The notes under the pieces were generated by a model, which was not told where the DNA came from, ran no database searches, and saw nothing but the letters and a program-made list of their open reading frames with translations. The translations under genes and the position numbers were made by a program. Positions 56,158 through 64,000 of a stretch of 64,000 nt of DNA are shown in pieces (position 1 is the stretch's first letter; each line of letters starts with the position of its first letter). This DNA is from an uncultured Planctomycetota bacterium (GTDB lineage: Bacteria > Planctomycetota > Planctomycetia > Isosphaerales > Isosphaeraceae). The stretch spans positions 64,001 through 128,000 of the forward strand of contig CAWJTV010000025.1 of the NCBI GenBank assembly GCA_963845755.1, written 5' to 3'.

Positions 56158-59100
56158 TCAGCCCAATCGTGAACCGCGCGAGCGACCCCGCTCGGGCGCC
56201 GCCGGGGCTGTGGCGTCGGGTCGGCGGATAACCGGGACCGCGGGCCGGAGGGGCTCGCCCGCGGGGGCCGGGCCCGTTGAGGAGACGACCGCGGGCGCCG
56301 GCCGGTCCCAGGCCAGGCCGAGATCCGCCAGGCCGTCGGACAGGGCGGCAAGGTCCCAGAGATCCACGTCGCAATTGGTGCCGACGATGGCCAGACGGCG
56401 GCCCGTGGAGTCGAAGGTCAGGTCCCGCAGAGTCCCGGTCCACAACGGGAAGCTCAGCAGCGTCTCGAACGAGATCGCGTCACGCAGCACCACGCGACGG
56501 TCGGCGGCGCCGGTGGCCAGCAGGCGTCCGTCGGGGCTGAGGGCCAGGCAGTCCACGTTGCCGTGGTGCGCGCCGTCGAGACGTGGGCCAGGAGTGAGGT
56601 CGGGGAGCGAAAGGCTGGCGATCGCCCCGCTCCCAAACCCGACCACCAGGCGACTGCGCGCCCGATCGGCCGCAAGCCTCCGGATGCCCCCACCGCCAAG
56701 ATCGACCGTCTTTTCCAGTTCACCGGACTCGAGGTTGAAGAGGAGCACCGCATCCTTGCCGTGAGTCACCAGGCGGCGAGGATGGTCAAGAGTGACGATC
56801 GACCAGACCGCGGAACCCGTCACGAATTGCCGGACGGGGCGGCGGGTGACGAGGTCCCAGAAGACGACGTGACCCACCCGATCGCCGCAGGCGAGCCGCT
56901 CACCCGTCGGATCGAAGGCGAGCGCGTAGACAATGTCAGGCCCGGAGATCCGGTCCCGGACTTGACCCGTGTTCCCGTCCCGGATGCTGACCTCGCGAGG
57001 GTCGGAACTGCCTCGCCAACTCGCCGTGGCCAGGAGGGAGCCGTCCGGGCTGTAGGCCAGGGCCGTGACCGCCCCGGGATTGGGCTCCATCGCGACCGGG
57101 GAGGGGCGGGAAGCGGGCAGGTCCCAGGAGATCAACTCCGCATATCCGGAAGTCGCGATCCGTTCCCGAAGCGGATGTGCTTCCACGGACCTCGACCTCG
57201 ACTCCGGTGGCCGGTCAGCCACTGCTGCACACCGTGCCGGCCCGTGATCCTGTAGAGGAAGAGCGTGTTGCCATAATTCGGGCTCGTCGCGAGATAATCA
57301 CCCGTGGGAGACCACTGCACCCGTAATGCTGGGCCGTCGTTGAAAAGCGTGGCCACGCTCTGCCCGGTCCGTGTCTCCCAGATCCGGGCGGTGTAGTCGA
57401 GGCTCCCGGTGGCGATCCACTCGCCGTCCGGACTGAACGCCACGTCGGCAACCGCTTCATGGTGGCCCCGAAGGGCGCCGAATTGCTCGCGCTTCGCCAC
57501 ATCCCAGAGCACCGTGGTGTGGTCCCGGAACGCGACGGCGAGCAGGGTGCCGTCGGGGCTGAAGGCGAGGGCGGAGGCGCCGCCGTGCCGGCCGAGCACG
57601 AACCGAGGTTCATCCGAGGCGATCGGCTGCAACACGATGTCGGACGTTCTCCTGGCGAGCGAGCCATCGCCCGTCGGGGCTGAGTGCGAAGAGGGAACCG
57701 TCGAAGCTGTCCAGGAGGGCGCCGCTGGCCGCATCGTGGACCGTGATCCCGGCGCCATCGGTCCAGGCCACCGCGATCCGTCGTCCGTCGGCGCTCGATC
57801 GCCAGCTTGGTCGGCCGGCGGGATCCCCGGGTGATCGGGGCGCGGGTCGTGCCGATGCCCTGCGTGTCCGTGAACACGACGCCGTGATCGCGGGTCGCCA
57901 CGGCCAGGCCCTGCCCGTCGGGAAGATACAGCACCTTGTTGAACAGGGACTCATCGACCGTCAAGCCCGTCCACGGAGGACCGGTGAGCACGGCTCGCCA
58001 GGTCCCAGAAGTCGAGGCCCGTCTTGCAGCCGGCGGTGACGAGGGTCCGGCCGTCCGGGCTGAAGGTGAACGAGCCGAGGTCGTCGGACAGGAGCTCAAC
58101 CTGGGCCACGAGGCGAATGTCGGGTGTCGCCAGGGTGGCCGCGGCCTCCGTGCGAAGCTCGGCCAGGTCGCGGCGGGGGGTGGGCATGACGGCGAGTCGC
58201 GCGAGGTCGCCCAGGGCCTCTTCGCGCCAGCCGGGCTGATGCCCGGCCCGCAGCGATCTCGCTTCGCTGAGAACGGCGCGGTAGGTCTCGGCCTGGGCCG
58301 CCGCCCGGGACTTTCGCTCGTCCTGGGCCAGGCGGGCCATGCGGCCCGCGACGAAGAGCGAGGCAAGCGTGGTGAGGACCAGCACGACGGTCAGCCCGGC
58401 GACCAGCACCGCGAGCCCCGGGTGGTGCCGCGCCCAGCGCGGCCGACCGCTCGGCGACCGAAGCCCGCCGCGCCAGGATCGGCTCGTCGTCGAGGAACCG
58501 CCGCAGGTCCTCGGCCATCGCGTCGGCCGTGGCATACCGCTGCTTCGGGTCCTTCTCGATCGCCTTGAGGACGATCGTCTCCAGGTCGCGAGGGATGCGG
58601 GAGTCCAGCGATCGGGGCCGCGCCGGGTCCTCGTTCTTGATCCGTTCGGTCAAGTGGAGCCGGTCGCCCGTGGCGAACGCCGGCCGGAGCGTCAGCAGCT
58701 CGTAAAGGGTCAGCCCCAGGGCGTAGATGTCAACGCGGGCGTCCCCCTCACCCCGGAACCGCTCCGGCGCCATGTAGCGGATCGTCCCCAGGATGTCGCC
58801 GGTGGCAGTCAGGTCGTCGTCCTCGGCCTTGGCCAGGCCGAAGTCGGTGATCCAGACGACGCCCGCGGTGTCCAGCAGCAGGTTCGACGGCTTGATGTCG
58901 CGGTGGACGACGCCGCGCGAATGGGCGTAGGCCAGCCCGTGCGCCACCTGGCGGCCGATCTGCGCCACGCTCCGGAAGTACGGCTGCCGGCCGCGAGTGG
59001 ACTCGACCGTGGATACCGCCGTCCCACCCGGCAGCACCGCCGAACTCAATACGTCGGCCGCCGGTGGAGATCCGGGCGAGCGGAGGGCGTCAGCCGCCTG

Positions 59101-59981
59101 TCGGGTGAGCGACGGCCCGCGAAGACTGGTCGGATGAGCGACGGCCCGCGAAGACAGGGGACTGACGCCCCCCGCTCGCCCTTCCGGAACAGGGACAGGT
59201 GCGGGCGAGCGGGAGGCGTCAGCCCCCTCTCCGGTGAACGACGCCCCTGTAGGACAGGGGGCTGACGCCCCCCGCTCGCCTTCGGGCCCCAGCCGGCCGC
59301 TCAGCAGCGATTCGGCCACTGGCCCGAGCTTCCGGCTTTGCGGGCCGGCCGCTGATGAATGCGTTCTCTCGATGATTTCCCGGGCCTCACCGAGCCCCCC
59401 GACCCGTCGCGTTCGCTCTCATCCGGTTTCCGCTCCGCACCACCGAGCCGCCGCAGCTCGTCGATGACCTGCTCGAGCCCCTGGCCCTGGATGAACTGCA
59501 TGGTGTAGAAGGCGACCTCACCCTCCTGCCCGACCTCGAAGACCGGCACGATGTTGGTGTGGTGCAGCCGCGCCGCGGCCTTCGCCTCGCGTCGGAACCG
59601 TTGGAGGGCCTTGGGGTCGCCAACCACGTGTCGGGGCAGGACTTTCAAGGCCACGTGGCGACCCAGCGAGAGCTGCTCGGCCTCGTAGACGACCCCCATG
59701 CCGCCCCGGCCGATCTCGCGCACGATCCGGTAATCGCCAAGCTCTTCGAGACGCGGGACGGCAGGCTGCTTCTTCCGGAGCGCGTCCTCGCGGGCGTCTT
59801 CCTCGACCTGTTCGACCTCGACCAGGGCCGGGAACATCTCCCGGATCTCATCGGCCATCGCCGGCAGGCGGTCGACGTACTCCTGCAGCCTCGGCCGCTC
59901 GCCCCGGCGATACCGCTCGGCGAACTCCTCGGCCAGCTCGTCGAACCGGCCGTAGTCGCACGTACCGAATTCCGTCGACAT
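56158..59981 (-). CDS. Ser/Thr kinase C with TM and WD40 repeats; multiple frameshifts
   Basis: Stitched from six ORFs: [51 protein letters not shown], and WD40 repeats. Confidence 0.8.
59074..59283. mobile_element. Two tandem degenerate palindromic elements (copies 4 and 5) read through in kinase C
   Basis: Inner inverted pairs at ~59074-59192 and ~59203-59283, translated as GERGASAPC...GADASRSP...; internal duplication of GAGCGACGGCCCGCGAAGAC. Confidence 0.75.
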
Positions 59982-59983
59982 CC

Positions 59984-60190
59984 TCAGCGACCCTCCCCGC
60001 CACCTGGCATCGTGGCCAATATCTCTCTGAGAGTCTGTTCCGGAAGGGCGCGGCGGGGGGCGTTAGCCCCCTGTCTTGGAGGTACGTCGCACACCGGGCA
60101 TGGGGCAGACGCCCCCCGCTCGCCCGGACCTGCCCATCGGGAACAGACTCTGAGTGGCTTCAGGGCACAACAGCAGCACTTCGCTCCGTA
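59984..60190 (-). pseudogene. C-terminal remnant of ECF sigma factor C, interrupted by a MITE
   Basis: GAKCCCCALKPLR-[MITE]-EILATMPGGGEGR* aligns with [26 protein letters not shown] of sigma A, with the same 2-nt spacing to the kinase ATG. Confidence 0.7.
60031..60150. mobile_element. 120-bp palindromic MITE (copy 6) with a 3-bp TGA/TCA target duplication
   Basis: TGA-[GAGTCTGTTCC...GGAACAGACTC]-TGA; opposite orientation to copy 1. Confidence 0.85.
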
Positions 60191-60571
60191 TGATGGATGA
60201 TAGCCATCGCGGGAGAATCCCCGCAACAGCCGAGCCGCCGACCGGCGCACTGGACGGGTCCAGAGAATCGACGGGGCGGGAGAGTCGGCCGGGCCGGTTT
60301 GATGCGGCTTGTAATCCTCGAATCAGCAACTGTCCGAATGCGTTTCGACTCCGTCTGACGAGGCGGACCCCTTCATCATCGGTTCTGCCTCCGCGCCATC
60401 CAGGTCGAAGCAGAGCGCGGATTGGATCACGGACGCGATGCATCGTCCGGTCGCAATTCACCTGATCCATCGGACAAGATCGAAAACCTGACATACCGTT
60501 GTGGTATGAGGGGTGGCGATGTGCCGCTCGGATGGGGCCGCCTCGATCCTCTGGCATCAGCGGGGAAGGAA

Positions 60572-61051
60572 ATGAGCGATCCTGCTGCGCGCGTCGCCGA
60601 TCAACCGACGAATCCGAGCGAGGTGTTGGTGAGCAGGCTGAGCGGCGGGTCCCCTCTCAAGGGCACGCTCTCCGGCCTCGGAAACGCCGGTGCCCGCGTG
60701 ATTCTCGATCGCCCGCTGGATAGCGGCGAAGTGATCCGGCTGACCTTTCCCCGCAAGCCCGGGGAGACCCGCCACCGAGGCCGGATGATCATCGGCCAGG
60801 TGCTACATTCCCGGTACGAGTCCGGACATCATATCGTCGGAGTCGCCTTCGGCTGGTCTACGGGCTTCAAGAGAAAACCGAGTAAACGGTCCGCGAGTCC
60901 GTTCAATCACGGGTTGTGGTCCTGGTTGTGTGACTATTTCGTCAAGGTGAAGTCGCGAAGCCCGGCTCGCTGCCATCAGGCTCGGTCTCAACAATCGTAT
61001 GGGGCGGTCCCCCGGTCGGGCGATCCCTCGAGCGCATCGCCGATGGCCTGA
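60572..61051 (+). CDS. PilZ-like domain protein with degenerate c-di-GMP motifs
   Basis: AAGGA RBS, ATG at 60572; GTLSGLGNAGARVILDRPLDSGEVIRLTF...GQVLHSR...IVGVAF fits the PilZ barrel pattern; no RxxxR motif. Confidence 0.55.
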   Translation: MSDPAARVADQPTNPSEVLVSRLSGGSPLKGTLSGLGNAGARVILDRPLDSGEVIRLTFPRKPGETRHRGRMIIGQVLHSRYESGHHIVGVAFGWSTGFKRKPSKRSASPFNHGLWSWLCDYFVKVKSRSPARCHQARSQQSYGAVPRSGDPSSASPMA

Positions 61052-61865
61052 TTGCGAGGCGCTCGGGGCTTTCTAACGCACCCGCAAGAACTCCCGATCC
61101 ACGACCACCCACGGCACCGACAGCCTTCTGCCTTTTCGCAGCGGCCGCCACCAGGTCGATCGCCCCTGGCAGTCCCATTCCCCGCCCATCGCCGTCCCTA
61201 TGGGCTTGGGCGGCCGATCCGGGTCGGGCTCCTTCCGCCGGTTAGCACGGGACTACGAGCGCCATAGCGAGCCTCTGGAGCGTCTGCACGATAAGGCTGC
61301 TCCCCATTCTTGCCGGAGTTCATCATTGCCGGCGGCAGGCTGCCGCGACCGCAGCATGGTCGCGGACCTCTGATGGGGAACCGCGTCAGCCCGTCCGCTG
61401 GAAGCTCGCGTATCACCGGAAATGCGGCGCGGCAGACCTGAAAACACTCCCATTGGCAAAAGAGCCGGCATGGATGCAATTATGTTAAGTTCGCCGGTAA
61501 CAGACAACGATTCTTCGAGGATCCTTGGCATTACCGGTTCCGGTTGCACCACTCCCGGGCCATGAGTGAATCCCGGCGCGAGATATGCCCTCTTTCGGAA
61601 CGATACGCCGACCGGGTTCAATGGGATGGCCGTCGCTCCAGGGCAACCCCTCTCCCACGCCGTGCGTCGGCACGATCGGACCGGACCATCGTGCGTAGAC
61701 GAACCGGTCAGCCCATCGCGGTCGCGACGATCGGGCCTCTCCGTTCGCGGCGGCCGTCGCATCGGCCCATCCCGACCGGAAGGTCCCCGAGACCGGCCTG
61801 CGTCAGCATCGGGGCCGGCAGCCGCATCGGGGAAATCGAATCGCAGAGAAGGGAGATGATCGCCC

Positions 61866-62738
61866 ATGTTGATCCGGATCGGATTCGAGATGGTGTTCGA
61901 GGTTCCGGCGCCTGCCGCGATGCTGCTCATGTTGGGGCTCCGGCCCGAGCGCGAGGGATCGATCCGACGCCCCGGCGGGCTGAGCGTCGAACCGGACGTC
62001 CCCCTCCAGTGGTACACCGACGGCTTCGGCAACCGTCCGGCGCGACTGCTTGCGCCGAACGGTCCGTTGATCCTCCGGGATGACCTGATCGTCGAGGACG
62101 ACGGGCAGCCCGACCCCGTCGCCTCGGATGCGAAGCAGATCCCGGTCCAGGACCTGCCTCCCGACGTCCTGGTCTTCCTGCTCTCCAGTCGATACTGCGA
62201 GGTTGACCGCCTCTCGGACACCGCCTGGCGCCTCTTCGGGGGCACGCCCGAGGGCTGGGCCCGCGTCCAGGCGATCTGCGACTGGGTGCATGGCAACGTC
62301 CGGTTCGACTATCAGTCCGCGCGCCCGACCAAGACGGCTCATGATGCCTATGAGGAGCGAGCTGGAGTCTGCCGCGATTTCAGCCACCTGGCGCTGACGT
62401 TCTGCCGATGTCTGAACATCCCGGCCCGGTACGCGACCGGTTACCTCGGTGACATCGGCATCCCGCCCCAGCCCTATCCGATGGACTTCAGCGGCTGGTT
62501 CGAAGCCTATCTGGACGGCCGCTGGTTCACCTTCGACGCCCGCCACAACGTCCCCCGGATCGGCCGGATCCTGATGGCCCACGGTCGCGATGCGGCGGAC
62601 GTCGCGCTGACCACGACGTTCGGGACGTCCCGGCTGGACAGGTTCGCCGTCTGGACCGACGAGGTCTCCGACCGCGAGCTCGGCGACATGCAGGAGCGTC
62701 GCACCCCGGTCGGCTGGAATGCGACGTCCCAGGTCTGA
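61866..62738 (+). CDS. Transglutaminase-like family protein
   Basis: FLLSSRYCE, GVCRDFSHL (catalytic Cys), PARYATGYL and WFEAYLDGRWFTFD motifs. Confidence 0.9.
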   Translation: MLIRIGFEMVFEVPAPAAMLLMLGLRPEREGSIRRPGGLSVEPDVPLQWYTDGFGNRPARLLAPNGPLILRDDLIVEDDGQPDPVASDAKQIPVQDLPPDVLVFLLSSRYCEVDRLSDTAWRLFGGTPEGWARVQAICDWVHGNVRFDYQSARPTKTAHDAYEERAGVCRDFSHLALTFCRCLNIPARYATGYLGDIGIPPQPYPMDFSGWFEAYLDGRWFTFDARHNVPRIGRILMAHGRDAADVALTTTFGTSRLDRFAVWTDEVSDRELGDMQERRTPVGWNATSQV

Positions 62739-62882
62739 TCGCCTCGCCCCCGGGAGCGGCGATCGGGTATCATGGGGATCTCACTCACTCGGCCGGGTGG
62801 GCCGGCGGCTTTGGCACCAAGACGGGTGTCCCGCCCGGCCCGCCGGTTCGGTCCATCGGAAGCGGACGGGGGCTGTCTCACG

Positions 62883-63649
62883 ATGACGTATTGCCTGGGG
62901 ATCAAGACGAAAGACGGCCTGGTCCTGGCCTCGGACTCTCGATCGAATTCGGGGGCCGACCAGGTGAATGTCTGTCGCAAGATGCACACCTTCGTGCGCA
63001 CCGGGGAGCGGCTCTTCATCCTGCTGACCAGCGGGAGCCTGTCCTGCTCCCAATCGGTCATCACCCTGCTCGGGCGCGACTTCGACCAGGGGCTCGGCCT
63101 GGCCTCCGCCGAGACCTTCTACGACGCCGCCCGCGTCGTGGGCGACCGGATCCGCCGCGTGGCCGAACTCGACCGCCAGGCCCTCGAGCAGGACAAGTTT
63201 TCGTTCAACGTCCACGTGATCCTCGCCGGGCAGATCCGTGGCCAGGCCCATGATCTCTATTTGATCTACCCCCAGGGCAATCCCTTGCGGGCCACGGAGG
63301 ACTCGCCATTCCTCCAGATCGGCGAGTGCAAGTACGGGCGGCCTATCCTGGACCGGGGAGTCCGCTACGACGGCACGACGCTGGACGACGCGGCCCGCTA
63401 TGCGCTCATCTCGCTCGACTCGACCATGCGCTCCAACGTGACGGTCGGTCCCCCGATCGACCTGCTGGTTTACGGCCGCGACGCCCTCCGGATCACGCCG
63501 CCATCGGCGATTCCACGCCAAGGACCCCGATCTCCTCGCGATCCAGACCCACTGGGAGCAGGCGCTGACGGAAGGCCGTCCAGGAACTGCCTCCCATCGA
63601 ATTCGGGGAGTCCGGCCTCACCGACCGACCCTCGGACCCGCTTCGCTGA
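62883..63649 (+). CDS. Proteasome-type protease (Anbu-like Ntn hydrolase), frameshifts near 63498 and 63568
   Basis: MTYCLGI (N-terminal Thr nucleophile), LASDSRSNSG, LIYPQGN, QIGECKYGRPILDR and DSTMRSNVTVGPP; the corrected tail ...WEQALRKAVQELP ends at TGA 63647-63649. Confidence 0.85.
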
Positions 63650-63734
63650 CGCCTCCGCCCGCTTCGCCCGTGGCGGGACCCGACGAAGCGGATCCGGATC
63701 GACGACTGACTTTAAAGACGATCCGAAGAACTGA

Positions 63735-63793
63735 GTAGGGTGGGTGAAACCCACCAGGATCGAGCGACTTCTTGGTGGGTTTCACCCACCTAC
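63735..63793. repeat. GTAG-type REP doublet
   Basis: GTAGGGTGGGTGAAACCCACC ... GGTGGGTTTCACCCACCTAC inverted pair. Confidence 0.75.
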
Positions 63794-64000
63794 CCCTTCC
63801 AACATGCAAACTCGTTATAATCAAACTCTTGATGCCATGTGGGTTGCGCCTCACCCCGCTCTGGGCGGGCACATCCCCTTGGCCTCGTCCAGTAGCTTCT
63901 TGGTGGCCAAATGATGGTTTCGGTCCCCCTTGCTCCGATGCGGTTTCTTCTTCTTCGGCCCGCGTCGTACCCGGAGCATCCACTCCACCGACATCCGAGC

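Noticed and set aside
47335..59981. Diversity-generating retroelement acting on the paralogous kinases
   Set aside because: No reverse transcriptase and no adenine-specific template/variable repeat pair was seen.
3137..63649. Wholesale pseudogenisation or programmed frameshifting
   Set aside because: Single-base indels affect most long genes, often in homopolymers, while motifs stay intact. Sequencing error is more parsimonious, though it cannot be proven from the consensus alone.

Overview
GC-rich window whose gene content (LEDRxL[LM]S-leader surface proteins, ECF sigma/Ser-Thr kinase pairs, RFSIRTL-type membrane protein) points to a planctomycete, probably Isosphaeraceae-like (inference). 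Many genes are broken by single-base indels, probably long-read consensus errors, so several CDSs are stitched across frames. From 10.8 to 60 kb nearly everything is on the minus strand. First come three decaying ECF sigma + Ser/Thr kinase cassettes and the stub of a fourth. These are followed by a ~24 kb gene for a ~8,000-aa surface protein containing ~2,700 aa of an unfamiliar 11-residue helical repeat, a metzincin and a sedolisin (S53) domain, then a ~2,300-aa surface protein and a TPR kinase. A ~120-bp palindromic MITE has inserted in frame into kinase and sigma coding sequences. Also present: a REP-flanked Y1 transposase, secreted peptidases, a GH140-like hydrolase fusion, a transglutaminase-Anbu pair and small remnants of a probable integrative element. 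No rRNA, tRNA or CRISPR array was seen.
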